A stretch of 64,000 nt of DNA from Desulfobaccales bacterium (GCA_052326585.1 JBKQLU010000005.1:471-64470), one strand, 5' to 3'. Numbered from the stretch's first letter, positions 36,422-46,564 are shown. The notes: generated by a model from the sequence alone, not told the origin. Numbers and translations are program-made.

Positions 36422-38350
36422 TCAGCGACCCATCAGGAGGTAGATCCCGACCCCGGCCAGGACCACAACCATGAAGAAGAGATTGTATTGCAAAAAGGCG
36501 GTCTGGACCAAGGAGAGAAGCCTGCCGCCGCCGACGGTGGAGAAGGCCACCGTGTCTACCCCGCCGTCCACCACCCGGCGGTCATTGTAGGTGAACAACC
36601 GGGAAAAGGTGCCGTAAATCACCGTGTTGAGGAACCAGCGCCAGAAGTGATCCATGTACCATTTCTGAATAAAAAATTCTTGCAGCCACGGCACTCTCTG
36701 GATAAATCCCTGGCACCTGGCGCCTGGGGCGCCCCAGTCGAACCAGGCCACCGCGATGCCGCCCACCCCGCAGCATAAGGCGCCGGCCATCAGGAAATAA
36801 TTGAGCGCCTCGGGATGGGCTTCCCCCAACAAGAACTTCTGCAGGTAGCCCTCGCAGAAACCCAGGCTCAGGGTGAAGAGGGCCAGGACGATGAGGGGAA
36901 GAGACATGACCCAGGGCACCCCGTGGTGTTCATCGGCCGCATCGCCGTGCCCGTGCCCGTGGCCGGGATGAGCCTCCACGTGGCCGGGAACCTTGCCGTA
37001 GGCGCCGGGTTTGGGAAAGAGCATGACAAAGATGACCCGGAAGGAGTAGTAGGCGGTCAGGAAGGCGCCCAAAAGCCCCATGGCCAGCCAGAGCTTGTTA
37101 GGCAGTTGGGACAGGGCGCCCATCACCAGTTCCTTGCTGAAGAAGCCGGACAGGGGAGGGATGCCCGACAGGGCCAGGGCGGCAATGGTGATACAGGTCA
37201 TGGGAATCAGCAGCTTGCGCCCGCCGTTGCTGGCCATGGTAAAAAAGTCATTGGTGCCGAAATGATGAATGAAGACCCCGGAACAGAGGAAGAGCAGGGC
37301 CTTGAAGGCGGCGTGGGTGGTGAGATGGTAATAGCCGGGAAAGAGAGTGCCGGAGGCCAGTCCGGCGGCGGCCAGCCCCATGGACATGAAGCCCAGTTGG
37401 CTGATGGTGGAATAGGCCCAGACCTGTTTGATGTCGGTGGCCACCATACCGATGGTGGAGGAGATCAACAGGGTCAGGGTGGAAATGGCCAGAATCACGG
37501 TCATGGCGGTGGCCGAAGCCGCAAAGAATGGGAAGATGCGGGTCATGAGGTAGATGCCGGCGGCCACCATGGTGGCGGAGTGGAGCAGGGCCGAGACCGG
37601 GGTGGGGCCTTCCATGGCGTCGGGCAGCCAGACGTGCAACGGAAACTGGGCGCTCTTGCCCATGACCCCGCAAAAGATCAAGAGCGCCGCGGGGGTGAGC
37701 AGCCAGGGCGGCATGGTCTTGGCCACCGCCGCGGCGTTAACCGTGGCGATATCCAGGTTGCCGTAGAATATGGTCAGGAACACCAGGCCCATGAAGAAGC
37801 CGATGTCGCCGAAGCGAGTGACCACAAAGGCCTTTTTCCCGGCCTCCGAGGCGGAGAATTTCTCATACCAGAAGCCGATCAGCAGGTAGGAGGCCAGGCC
37901 CACCAGTTCCCAGGCGATGTAAAGCTGCAAGAGGCCGCTGGAGATCACCAGGGTGAGCATGGCCAGGGCAAAGAGGGAGAGGTCGGCATAGTAGCGGCCG
38001 AAACCCGGGTCGCCGCCCATGTAACCGATGGAGTAAACCTGCACCAGCCAACTGATGGTGGCCACGATACAGAACATCACCAGGCTGGTGGGGTCCAGGA
38101 GGAAACCGAAGGGCACCTTGACCAGATCCGAGACCAGCCAGTTAAAGTTGTAGATGATGGGTTTTTCCAGGCCGCCCAGCTTAAAGAAGAAGCTCCAGGC
38201 TATAATCAGGGGGATAGTGGAGGCCGTGAGGGAGATGGCCAACGAGAGGTGGGGCCGGTTCCTGGTGAAGATCATTATCAGAGCAAAGGCCGTCAGCGGC
38301 AAAAATACCGTCAGGAGACAGCCCCAAAGGATCGGATCGCACGAGCCCAT
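36422..38350 (-). CDS. nuoL: NADH-quinone oxidoreductase subunit L
   Basis: 642 aa antiporter-like subunit with a long C-terminal lateral-helix region. Has a His-rich insert 'HPGHGHGHGDAADEHHG'. Confidence 0.9.
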   Translation of the reverse strand: MGSCDPILWGCLLTVFLPLTAFALIMIFTRNRPHLSLAISLTASTIPLIIAWSFFFKLGGLEKPIIYNFNWLVSDLVKVPFGFLLDPTSLVMFCIVATISWLVQVYSIGYMGGDPGFGRYYADLSLFALAMLTLVISSGLLQLYIAWELVGLASYLLIGFWYEKFSASEAGKKAFVVTRFGDIGFFMGLVFLTIFYGNLDIATVNAAAVAKTMPPWLLTPAALLIFCGVMGKSAQFPLHVWLPDAMEGPTPVSALLHSATMVAAGIYLMTRIFPFFAASATAMTVILAISTLTLLISSTIGMVATDIKQVWAYSTISQLGFMSMGLAAAGLASGTLFPGYYHLTTHAAFKALLFLCSGVFIHHFGTNDFFTMASNGGRKLLIPMTCITIAALALSGIPPLSGFFSKELVMGALSQLPNKLWLAMGLLGAFLTAYYSFRVIFVMLFPKPGAYGKVPGHVEAHPGHGHGHGDAADEHHGVPWVMSLPLIVLALFTLSLGFCEGYLQKFLLGEAHPEALNYFLMAGALCCGVGGIAVAWFDWGAPGARCQGFIQRVPWLQEFFIQKWYMDHFWRWFLNTVIYGTFSRLFTYNDRRVVDGGVDTVAFSTVGGGRLLSLVQTAFLQYNLFFMVVVLAGVGIYLLMGR

Positions 38351-38351
38351 G

Positions 38352-38669
38352 TCAGCCCCTCAGTTCCGTGGCTTGATCGATATTCACGGTCTGCAGCTTA
38401 CGGTAGACCGCGATAATGATACTCAGGGCGATGGCGGCTTCCGCGGCGGCCACCGCCATGATGAACAGGGTGATGATCTGGCCCACCGCCGGATGCGGAG
38501 CTAAAAAGCGGTTGAAGGCCATAAAGTTGATGCTGGCGGCGTTGAGAATGAGTTCCACCGAAATGAGCACCGCGATCAGATTACGCCGCGCCAGCACTCC
38601 ATAGAGGCCGATGGCGAAGAGTACCAGGGCCAGATAGAGATAAGTCTGCAACTGGTTAAAGAGGAGCAT
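38352..38669 (-). CDS. nuoK: NADH-quinone oxidoreductase subunit K
   Basis: 105 aa, 3 TM helices, 'VELILNAASINF'. Confidence 0.92.
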   Translation of the reverse strand: MLLFNQLQTYLYLALVLFAIGLYGVLARRNLIAVLISVELILNAASINFMAFNRFLAPHPAVGQIITLFIMAVAAAEAAIALSIIIAVYRKLQTVNIDQATELRG

Positions 38670-38672
38670 CGG

Positions 38673-39209
38673 TCACCTCTCGGGGGCCCCGCGGCCGCGG
38701 CCGCCCCGGGCCGTGACCAAGGCCCCCCGCATGGCCCCCAACAGGAGCCGGGAGATCACTTCAAAGATCAGGGAATAAGTGGTCAGGAGGTAATGGCCCA
38801 GGGTGGTGATCGACCAATCGGAGCTGCGCTCCGGGGCCGGGACCCAGGTGGTCTTTTTCAACAGTATTCCCAGGAAGATGAAGACCGCCAGGGCGCCAGT
38901 CAGGGCTGCCGTGATCTTCCAGGGATTCCGGGGAGGCCGGGGCAGGTATTGGGGTTCGGAGAGCATCACGGCAAAACAGATGGCAATGCAGATGGCCCCC
39001 ACGTAGATGAGAATCTCCATCAGGGCCACAAAGGGGCTGTTGAGAAAGACGAAGAGGCCGGAGACGCCGAAGAGCGCCAGGGCCAGTCCCAAAACATTAT
39101 GAAAGATCTTCCGGGCCGCCACCGCAATCACGGCGCCCAGGATGGTCAGGGCCACTACCAGCACAAAGGCGGCGGAGGCCAGGTTCTGCGGGCTAAAGAG
39201 GGCGCTCAT
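38673..39209 (-). CDS. nuoJ: NADH-quinone oxidoreductase subunit J
   Basis: Internal ATG (aa 141) of ORF 38673..39629 gives 178 aa of TM protein. ATGA overlap with the nuoI stop. Confidence 0.88.
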   Translation of the reverse strand: MSALFSPQNLASAAFVLVVALTILGAVIAVAARKIFHNVLGLALALFGVSGLFVFLNSPFVALMEILIYVGAICIAICFAVMLSEPQYLPRPPRNPWKITAALTGALAVFIFLGILLKKTTWVPAPERSSDWSITTLGHYLLTTYSLIFEVISRLLLGAMRGALVTARGGRGRGAPER

Positions 39210-39832
39210 TCCTTGACCTCGTCTGGCGGCGCCTTTGGAGGCTTGGCCTCCTGCGGGGGCTGGGCGGGTTTGCCCTCCGCGGCCTTGGCCGCAGTCTCTT
39301 TTTCCCGGGCTTCCCGGGCGGCCGCCTCGGCGGCTGCGGCCGCGGCTATCTCGGCCGCGGTGGGAATGGGGGTCGGGGGTAAACCGGCGGCCCGCTGGCG
39401 CTCTTGCAAAAGGGTCAGATGATCTATGACTGCCTCCTCCCGGTGAAAAACCGCCAGGCGGTATTCCCGGGAATATTCCAGGGCCGTGGTGGGGCAGACC
39501 TCGACGCAGAGGCCGCAGAGACTGCAGTAATAGTGCTCGTGGACGTAAGTATAGGGCACCTTCTGCTTGGCCCCCGGCAGCTTGGTCCCTGCCACCGTGA
39601 TGAGCTGGGAGGGGCAGATGCGGGCGCACATCTCGCAGGCGATGCAGCGATGCGTCCGGGTCTCGGGGTCGAGGAGCAATTGGGGATGGCCCCGGTAGGC
39701 CGGGCTCATCTCGATCTTCTGCCGGGGGTATTGGACGGTGACTACGGGTTTGACGAAATAGCGGATAGTCACCGCCATGCCCGCCAGCAGGCTCCAGAAT
39801 CCCGAGGCGATCTCTCTGACATAGGTTATCAT
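39206..39832 (-). CDS. nuoI: NADH-quinone oxidoreductase subunit I (2x[4Fe-4S]) with Ala/Lys/Pro/Glu-rich C-terminal tail
   Basis: 'CIACEMCARICP' and 'CSLCGLCVEVCP' ferredoxin motifs. About 65 aa of low-complexity tail. Confidence 0.92.
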   Translation of the reverse strand: MITYVREIASGFWSLLAGMAVTIRYFVKPVVTVQYPRQKIEMSPAYRGHPQLLLDPETRTHRCIACEMCARICPSQLITVAGTKLPGAKQKVPYTYVHEHYYCSLCGLCVEVCPTTALEYSREYRLAVFHREEAVIDHLTLLQERQRAAGLPPTPIPTAAEIAAAAAAEAAAREAREKETAAKAAEGKPAQPPQEAKPPKAPPDEVKE

Positions 39833-39857
39833 GGCTCAGTCAACCGTAAGCGGCCCC

Positions 39858-40832
39858 TCATCTCAGTTTCAATACCAGGGCGGTGATCAGCAGATTGGCG
39901 AAGGCTAGCGGAATCAAGACCTTCCAGGCCAGAGTGATCAACTGGTCGAAGCGTACCCGCGGGAAGGTCCAGCGGAACCACATCATCAGAAAGATGAGGG
40001 CGTAGACCTTCAGAAGCAGCCAGACCACCCCGGGCAGGATGGGGCCCTGCCAGCCCCCCAGAAACAGGACCGCGCCCACCGCCGAGGTGATGAACATGTT
40101 GGTGTATTCCGCCAAAAAAAAGAGGGCAAAACGCATGCCGGTATATTCGGTGTGGAACCCGGCCACCAGCTCCGACTCCGCTTCCGGCAGGTCGAAGGGG
40201 GCCCGGTTGGTTTCGGCAGTGGCGCAGGTAATAAAGAGGATAAAGGCCAGGGGCTGCACCAGGACGAACCAGTAGGAGCCCTGGGCCGCCACGATGTCCG
40301 AGAGCCTGAAGGAGCCCACCATCAGGATGATGCTCATCACCGTGATGAGCAGCGGGATTTCGTAGGCAATATTTTGGGCCACCGAACGGATGGCCCCGAA
40401 GACCGCGTATTTATTGTTGGAAGACCAGCCGGCCATGAGGATGGCCAGGACCGCCAGGGTGGAAAAGGCCAGGATCAGCACGATCCCCACGTTCAGGTCC
40501 CGGATGATCAGGGACCGGGAAAAGGGGATCACCAGAAAGGAGAGCAACACCGGCAGGAAGATGACTATGGGGGCCAGCCGGTAAACGGGCCGGTCCGCCT
40601 CTTCCGGGGTGATGAGTTCCTTGCCCATGAGCTTCAGGGCGTCGGCCACGGTTTGCACGGCGCCGTGGGGTCCCACTTCCATGGGCCCCAGGCGGAGCTG
40701 CATGTGGGCCGAGACCTTGCGCTCCATCCAGATGAGAAACAGGGCGTTCACCGAAACCAGGGCGATGACCCCGATGAGGCCGATGATCATCCGGCCTGCT
40801 TCCGATGCCCAATATTGCGCCAACAGTTCCAT
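39858..40832 (-). CDS. nuoH: NADH-quinone oxidoreductase subunit H
   Basis: 324 aa with '[14 protein letters not shown]' and '[22 protein letters not shown]'. Confidence 0.94.
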   Translation of the reverse strand: MELLAQYWASEAGRMIIGLIGVIALVSVNALFLIWMERKVSAHMQLRLGPMEVGPHGAVQTVADALKLMGKELITPEEADRPVYRLAPIVIFLPVLLSFLVIPFSRSLIIRDLNVGIVLILAFSTLAVLAILMAGWSSNNKYAVFGAIRSVAQNIAYEIPLLITVMSIILMVGSFRLSDIVAAQGSYWFVLVQPLAFILFITCATAETNRAPFDLPEAESELVAGFHTEYTGMRFALFFLAEYTNMFITSAVGAVLFLGGWQGPILPGVVWLLLKVYALIFLMMWFRWTFPRVRFDQLITLAWKVLIPLAFANLLITALVLKLR

Positions 40833-40851
40833 AATTTCGTTCTCAAAACGC

Positions 40852-41982
40852 CTAGCGGTCGATTTCCGGGATCACCAGGTCCATTGAACCGAGGATGGCC
40901 ACCAGGTCGGCCACCAGGGTGTCCACCGCCACCTCGGGCAGGATGCTGAGATTGCCGAAGGACGGCACCCGGAGTTTGATGCGGTAGGGTTTGATATCGC
41001 CCTGGCTGACGATATAGCAGCCGAATTCGCCGCGGGCGCTTTCCACCGCCTGATAGACCTCACCGGGCGCGGGTTTCAGGCGTTTGGGCACCTTGTCGGC
41101 CATGATGGGGCCGCTGGGGAGCTTGTCCAAGGCCTGTTCGACGATCCTGAGGCTCTGCTCCATCTCCAGGACGCGGACGAGATAGCGGTCGAAGACGTCG
41201 CCCTTAGCGCCGATGGGAATCTGGAAGTCGAAGGCCGGGTAGGCGGAATAGGGCTCGCTCTTGCGGATATCGTAAGCGATGCCGCTGCCCCGGAGCGTAG
41301 GGCCGGTAAGGCCGTATTGCACCGCCTGGTCGCGGTTGATCAGGCCGACGTTTTGGGTGCGGTTGATGAAGATGACGTTCTTGGTCACCAGCGACTCGTA
41401 ATCCCGAAAGCGGCCGCGCAGGCGCTTGATAAAGGCCCGGGCGCCGGTGACGAACTCCTCGTCGAGGTCCCGGGGCACCCCGCCGAAGCGGAAGAAGCAG
41501 TAGGTGAGGCGGGAGCCGGTAATCCGGTCCAGCAGGTCCAGGATATGTTCCCGGTCGTCGAAGCAATAGAGGATGGGGGTGAAGGCCCCCAGGTCCAGGA
41601 GATAGGCGCCGATCCAGAGCAGGTGGGAGGAGATGCGGTTCAGCTCGCTTAAAATCACCCGGATGAATTCCGCCCGTTCCGGCACCGTCAGGCCGATGAG
41701 TCTCTCCACCGCCATGCAGTAGCCCTGATTGTAGGCCAGGGCGTGCAGGTAATCCACCCGGCCCAGGTTGGGCAGGAACTGCTGGTAGTTGCGATTCTCG
41801 GCCATGTGCTCGTGGCCCCGGTGGCCATAGCCAATGACCGGTTCGGCCTTGGTGATGTACTCCCCGTCCATCTCCAGGAGCACCCGCAAGACCCCATGGG
41901 TGCTGGGATGTTGCGGACCCAGGTTGAGGGTATAAGTCTTTTCTTCTATGCCTAACTCAATCATGGCCCGCGTCGGCTCCAA
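40852..41982 (-). CDS. nuoD: NADH-quinone oxidoreductase subunit D
   Basis: 376 aa with '[15 protein letters not shown]' and a C-terminal 'IPEIDR'. Only 19 nt separate it from nuoH. Confidence 0.94.
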   Translation of the reverse strand: MEPTRAMIELGIEEKTYTLNLGPQHPSTHGVLRVLLEMDGEYITKAEPVIGYGHRGHEHMAENRNYQQFLPNLGRVDYLHALAYNQGYCMAVERLIGLTVPERAEFIRVILSELNRISSHLLWIGAYLLDLGAFTPILYCFDDREHILDLLDRITGSRLTYCFFRFGGVPRDLDEEFVTGARAFIKRLRGRFRDYESLVTKNVIFINRTQNVGLINRDQAVQYGLTGPTLRGSGIAYDIRKSEPYSAYPAFDFQIPIGAKGDVFDRYLVRVLEMEQSLRIVEQALDKLPSGPIMADKVPKRLKPAPGEVYQAVESARGEFGCYIVSQGDIKPYRIKLRVPSFGNLSILPEVAVDTLVADLVAILGSMDLVIPEIDR

Positions 41983-42421
41983 AGTCTTTCCGCAAGGGAT
42001 GAAAATCCGCGTCTTCCGGCAGCAGCAAGCGTTTCAGGTTGGGGTGCCCGGCGAACTTGATGCCGAAAAGATCGTAGACCTCCCGTTCGTACCAATCCGC
42101 CCCGGCATAGACCCCGGAGATGGTGGGCGCCTGGACTCCCTGGGCCTCTTGCCCTTCTTTGGTCAGAGAGGCGTGCACCACGGTGCGGCACAGCTCGGTA
42201 AAGCTGGCGAAGTGATAGACCAGGGAGAAGGATTCGGGCCAGTCCAGGGCGGTGAGCGATTCGAGAAAGCAGCCCGCCTCCAGCATGGCCTGGGCCACGG
42301 CCGGCATCTGGACCGGCGCCGCGGCCACCTCCAGGTGACAGCCGGTCTTGACGTAATCGCCGTCGCTTACCTGCGCCAGCTTCAAGGGGGCCAAGGCCGC
42401 TTTGAGCTTATCCATTAACAT
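41957..42421 (-). CDS. nuoC: NADH-quinone oxidoreductase subunit C
   Basis: 154 aa with '[20 protein letters not shown]'. Confidence 0.92.
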   Translation of the reverse strand: MLMDKLKAALAPLKLAQVSDGDYVKTGCHLEVAAAPVQMPAVAQAMLEAGCFLESLTALDWPESFSLVYHFASFTELCRTVVHASLTKEGQEAQGVQAPTISGVYAGADWYEREVYDLFGIKFAGHPNLKRLLLPEDADFHPLRKDFGADAGHD

Positions 42422-42908
42422 TTCTGAACTTCCTGAGACGGCCCCGTTTGGTGATCTTCTCTTCCAGCTTAAGGATCGCTTCGATGATGGCCTCAGGCCG
42501 GGGCGGGCAGCCGGGAATATAGACGTCCACCGGGATGATCAGATCGGCGCCGGGGACGATGGCATACTGGTTCGGGTAGTAGAAAGGGCCGCCGGAGATG
42601 GCGCAGTTGCCCATGGCGATCACCCACTTGGGGGCCGGCATCTGCTCATAGAGGCGCACCACGGCGGGGGCCATCTTCTTGGAGATGGTGCCGGCCACGA
42701 TCATCAGGTCCGATTGCCGGGGAGAAGGGCGAAAGACCCCGGCCCCGAAGCGGTCCAGGTCGAAACGGGCCATACCCGCGGCCATCATTTCGATGGCGCA
42801 GCAGGCCAGGCCGAAGGTCAGGGGCCACAGGGAGTTGGCCCTGGCCAGGTTCAGGGCTTCTTCCAGGAGGCCCAAGCGGATTAAGGGCTCACCTGTCTTC
42901 GTTTCCAA
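42408..42908 (-). CDS. nuoB: NADH-quinone oxidoreductase subunit B
   Basis: 166 aa with '[17 protein letters not shown]' and 'GCPPRPE'. Confidence 0.94.
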   Translation of the reverse strand: METKTGEPLIRLGLLEEALNLARANSLWPLTFGLACCAIEMMAAGMARFDLDRFGAGVFRPSPRQSDLMIVAGTISKKMAPAVVRLYEQMPAPKWVIAMGNCAISGGPFYYPNQYAIVPGADLIIPVDVYIPGCPPRPEAIIEAILKLEEKITKRGRLRKFRNVNG

Positions 42909-43273
42909 TTGAAAACTCCTCTGCGCCAGGCATAGACCAGGACCAGGGACAGAATAGCGATGAAGATGGTAACCTCCACGAAGTCGAGCCAGGCGTAGCC
43001 CTTGCCGTAGGCCAGCAAGACCGGGAAGAGGAAGAGCACGTCCACGTCAAAGGCCAGGAAGAGCAGGGCGAACAGATAATAGATGACCGCTACCTGAATC
43101 CAGGCGCTGCCGATGACCGGCATACCGCACTCATAGATCTCGTCACGGGCGGCGCCGTAACTCCGGGGGGCGATCAGGTGGGCCAGGACGATGGGGCCCA
43201 GGGCGAAGAGGGCGGCCCCCGCCAGGAAGACCAGGACGAAGGAGAAATCGCTCAAGGCCGGCGGTATTTCCAA
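42881..43273 (-). CDS. nuoA: NADH-quinone oxidoreductase subunit A
   Basis: 3-TM protein with 'YECGMP..' and '[10 protein letters not shown]'. TTG at 43273 lies 6 nt after AAGGAG. The ORF-track start (43339) lacks an RBS and coincides with a -35 box. Confidence 0.88.
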   Translation of the reverse strand: MEIPPALSDFSFVLVFLAGAALFALGPIVLAHLIAPRSYGAARDEIYECGMPVIGSAWIQVAVIYYLFALLFLAFDVDVLFLFPVLLAYGKGYAWLDFVEVTIFIAILSLVLVYAWRRGVFNWKRRQVSP

Positions 43274-43309
43274 GGCCAACTCCTTGTAATTTTTGGTACA
43301 ACCCTGACA

Positions 43310-43339
43310 TTTATATCCCAGATGAAAAATCGTAGTCAA
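43310..43339 (-). promoter_or_regulatory. sigma70-like promoter of the nuo operon
   Basis: Minus strand reads TTGACT (43339-34), 18-nt spacer, TATAAA (43315-10), about 35 nt upstream of the proposed nuoA start. Confidence 0.5.
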
Positions 43340-43460
43340 GGAGTTTGTGAGCGCACCGGCCGATTTATTCTTGGGGCGGACTCTGGTGATAAATTTCAGG
43401 CCACGGTAGGGATTGGCAGTTAAGCGCGGGGGTTCTGGCGGTGGCGCTCATGGGGGGTGA

Positions 43461-43483
43461 AGAAGAAAAGCCTTCCTGAAGGC
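43461..43483 (-). terminator. weak terminator candidate after kup
   Basis: Minus strand reads GCCTTC-ag-GAAGGC followed by TTTTCTTCTTC. Short stem. Confidence 0.35.
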
Positions 43484-43567
43484 CTATCAAATACCAACCT
43501 ATGAACCCTTTTTTTATCTCAGCGATGACTTAACCAAAAGGTAATGGACCCATTTGCAATCTTGCCC

Positions 43568-45436
43568 TCAAAACTCCATCTGCACGCCAATTTCCAAGAC
43601 CTTGGCTGGAGGGATATTTAAATAGGTTGACCGGCTCACCGCATTACGGAGCATAAAGGTGAAAAGAAACCTTTGCCACTTGGTCATGCTTTTTTTGCGG
43701 GCCGGGACGAGGTTGATGCGGCCCAGGTAATAAGTCACATTGTCCAGGTCGATATTGAGGCCCTGTCTGCGGGCTTTTATCAGTATTTCAGGGACATCCG
43801 GCGTTTCCATAAAGCCGCTATGGCTGGTAACCCGGTAGACACCGTGCCCCAGCGCGTGGGTTTCCACCCGTTTATTTTCCTCAACTTCAGGGACATCAGC
43901 GGTGAGGACGGATAAGATTAACAGGGTTTCGGGCAAGGCGCTGGTCTGGGTAAGATAGCGCATCAACATGGGAGGCACTTCTTTGTGGAAGGTGGAGAGA
44001 AAAACCCCGGTCCCGGGCAGGCGCACCGGTTTTTCCGCCGCGATTTTTTCAATAAACTTGTCCCTGGTGATGGTCATGGTCATCACCTTCAAGGCCAGGG
44101 TTTTCCAGCCGTCCCACCAGGTGACCATGAGAAACATGATGATCAGGGCCATGCCCATGGGGAACCAGCCCCCCGAGAAAAATTTACCCAGGCAGGCGCT
44201 GAAATAGGTCAGGTCCATAGTCCAAAACAAGAGGCAGAGGGGCAGGGCCTTAACCAGGCGCCACCGCCAAATCCGCGTAGTGATGAAATAAAACACCACC
44301 GAGGTTATGAACATGGTGCCCGTCACCGCTATGCCGTAAGCCGCGGCCAAATTTTCGGACTCCTTAAAGTAAAGAGCCAACAGAATGGCGGCCAGCATCA
44401 TCAGCACGTTCACATCCGGGGCATACACCTGGCCGGCGGCCATTTTGGAAGTGTGCAGGACCCGCATTCCTGGGAGGAAACCCAACTGCATGGCCTGCCG
44501 GGTTAAGGAAAAAACGCCGGAAATAATCGCCTGAGAGGCAATAATGGTGGCCAGTGTAGCCAGGGCTACCATGGGATAAACGAGAACCTGGGGAACCAAA
44601 TGATAAAAAGAGTCGGCGGCGCTTTGAGGATCGGCCAGAATGAGGGCTCCCTGCCCGAAATAATTGCAGAGCAGGGCCGGCAGCGCCAAGAAATACCAGG
44701 AAATGCGGATGGCTTTGATTCCGAAATGCCCCAGATCCGCATAGAGGGCTTCGCATCCGGTAATGCAAAGCACCACGAGGCCGAGGATGAAAAATCCATG
44801 CAGGCCATTATGGAGAAAAAATTGGAGCGCCTTCAGGGGACTGACCGCGGCTAAGATGCCAGGTTGGGTCGCAATGGCCCTGAGGCCCAGCCAGGCGAGG
44901 ACCACAAACCAGAGAATCATCACGGGCCCGAACCATTTGCCGATGCGGCCGGTTCCATGGCTTTGGGCCCAGAAAAGGAGCACCAAGACCACACAGGTTA
45001 AGGGCAGGACCAGGGGTTTGGCCTGGGTGGCAGCCACTTCCAGGCCCTCCAGGGCGGATAAGACGGAAATGACCGGGGTGATAAGTCCATCGCCATAGAG
45101 CAGGGCCGCACCGAAGAGCCCGCCCAGGACCAATCCCCGGCTAAGGTTAGGCCCCAAGTTCTTGTGGAGCAGGGCCAGCATGGCAAAGACGCCGCCTTCC
45201 CCGTCATCGTCGGCGCGCATGATGAACCAGAAATACTTGATGCTCACCACTAGCATGAGCGACCAAAAAATCAGGGACACGAGCCCCAGGACATTTTGAG
45301 GCGTGGGGGCCAGGGCGGACTGGCCGGTAAAACAGACCTTAACCGCGTAAAGGGGGCTGGTGCCGATGTCGCCAAAGACGACCCCCAAGGCGCCGATGAC
45401 CAGGATATGCGTCTTTTCTGTGAGCTTATGGCCCAT
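43568..45436 (-). CDS. kup: KUP/HAK/KT family potassium transporter
   Basis: Internal ATG (aa 67) of ORF 43568..45634 gives 622 aa. Begins 'GALGVVFGDIGTSPLYA' and is polytopic. Confidence 0.92.
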   Translation of the reverse strand: MGHKLTEKTHILVIGALGVVFGDIGTSPLYAVKVCFTGQSALAPTPQNVLGLVSLIFWSLMLVVSIKYFWFIMRADDDGEGGVFAMLALLHKNLGPNLSRGLVLGGLFGAALLYGDGLITPVISVLSALEGLEVAATQAKPLVLPLTCVVLVLLFWAQSHGTGRIGKWFGPVMILWFVVLAWLGLRAIATQPGILAAVSPLKALQFFLHNGLHGFFILGLVVLCITGCEALYADLGHFGIKAIRISWYFLALPALLCNYFGQGALILADPQSAADSFYHLVPQVLVYPMVALATLATIIASQAIISGVFSLTRQAMQLGFLPGMRVLHTSKMAAGQVYAPDVNVLMMLAAILLALYFKESENLAAAYGIAVTGTMFITSVVFYFITTRIWRWRLVKALPLCLLFWTMDLTYFSACLGKFFSGGWFPMGMALIIMFLMVTWWDGWKTLALKVMTMTITRDKFIEKIAAEKPVRLPGTGVFLSTFHKEVPPMLMRYLTQTSALPETLLILSVLTADVPEVEENKRVETHALGHGVYRVTSHSGFMETPDVPEILIKARRQGLNIDLDNVTYYLGRINLVPARKKSMTKWQRFLFTFMLRNAVSRSTYLNIPPAKVLEIGVQMEF

Positions 45437-45485
45437 ATTGCCCCGAATTTTTGCGTTGCGCCGCCAGGGCCTCGATCTGCGGCCG

Positions 45486-46148
45486 TTATTGCTTTTGCTC
45501 AGTCCCCTCCCACCACACCGGGGCCGCTTCCAGACGGGCCGCCTCCACCAAGCTATTGATGGCCTCCTGGGATTCTGGCGTAGTTTGAAAACCCGGCAAT
45601 TGCACCACCTGGCAGAGGAAATTGACCGCTTCATCCACCGTGATGGCCTTCAGATGGATGACCAGGTCATAAAGGGTGGCGTCCCACCAATCGGCGCCGT
45701 ATAAATGGAGGGCCCATTTGCGCCTCTCCTCGTCATCCTTCATGATGATCTCCCGGGCTTTGGCGGCGGAAATGCCCTCCCGCTTCACCTCATCCGCCAC
45801 CCGAGTTTCCATGTCGGCCACGATGCGTACCTTGAGAACGTGAGGTATATCCTGCAGGAAGAAATGCCCAAATAAGCCATGGTACACCACGTTGTCTTTT
45901 TGCACGTGTTTCAATAGTGCGGCGCGGATATAGGCCACGTATTTTTCTTTTTGCCGCGTGAGCCGGTTCAGGATCGAGGGAGAGTCCTGAATGGCCCGGA
46001 TCAGCTTAATCTCCGGGATATTGAATTCTGCGGAGGCCTCCAGAAGAACCTCCCGGGAAATGCACTCATACCCTAAGTTTTTAGCCAATATCTCGGCTAC
46101 TTCTTTGCCACGGAAGTAGGAGCCCCTGGAAATAGTGATGATGGACAT
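45486..46148 (-). CDS. cytidylate kinase-like family protein (Cytidylate_kin2-like)
   Basis: 220 aa with 'IITISRGSYFRGKEVAEILAKNLGYECISREVL' and no canonical P-loop. Lies 49 nt upstream of kup. Confidence 0.55.
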   Translation of the reverse strand: MSIITISRGSYFRGKEVAEILAKNLGYECISREVLLEASAEFNIPEIKLIRAIQDSPSILNRLTRQKEKYVAYIRAALLKHVQKDNVVYHGLFGHFFLQDIPHVLKVRIVADMETRVADEVKREGISAAKAREIIMKDDEERRKWALHLYGADWWDATLYDLVIHLKAITVDEAVNFLCQVVQLPGFQTTPESQEAINSLVEAARLEAAPVWWEGTEQKQ

Positions 46149-46564
46149 CTTCTCTTCCTTTCTGTCCGTTCGCGGGTGCTTTGCTCCGGGTCCAGGAACG
46201 GCTGGAATAATGGTCGAAGGTTATGGAAGTCACGCCGTAGACAAAAAAACTGAGGCTAACCAGTGCCCCAGGTTATCATAGTCGTTAAACTTTTCAAGAA
46301 TTCCTTTGTCCCTTTTTCCAGTTGCGGAAGAGCATTTGGCCCATCGCCATCTTCGTGCTCTATTGAACCAGGTTCCGGGAACCGGGGAAACGGGGGGGGG
46401 GCATCGGGGCTGGGGTTGGGGCACTTGGGTAAGGGCGCGGCCTAGCGGCACAGGCCTCCGGCCGGCGGGGTGGCCCAGGGGCGGGGAACCCCGCCCCCGG
46501 AATCTTTGCCGGACACTGCTGCCATCGAGCGCCTTTCCGGGTTCTCTAGTCTCCGAGGGAAATC

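Noticed and set aside
43274-43339. ORF-track start (TTG 43339) for nuoA giving a 152-aa protein with 'CQGC' N-terminus
   Set aside because: No Shine-Dalgarno precedes it, and the TTG is part of a TTGACT-18-TATAAA promoter-like element. A TTG at 43273 with AAGGAG 6 nt upstream gives a normal-length NuoA.
46149-46330. c-di-AMP (ydaO) riboswitch upstream of the kinase-like/kup operon
   Set aside because: Reading the minus-strand leader, I found none of the conserved ydaO blocks (ACGGGGA, GGGGUGAAUC, CAGCUAACC).
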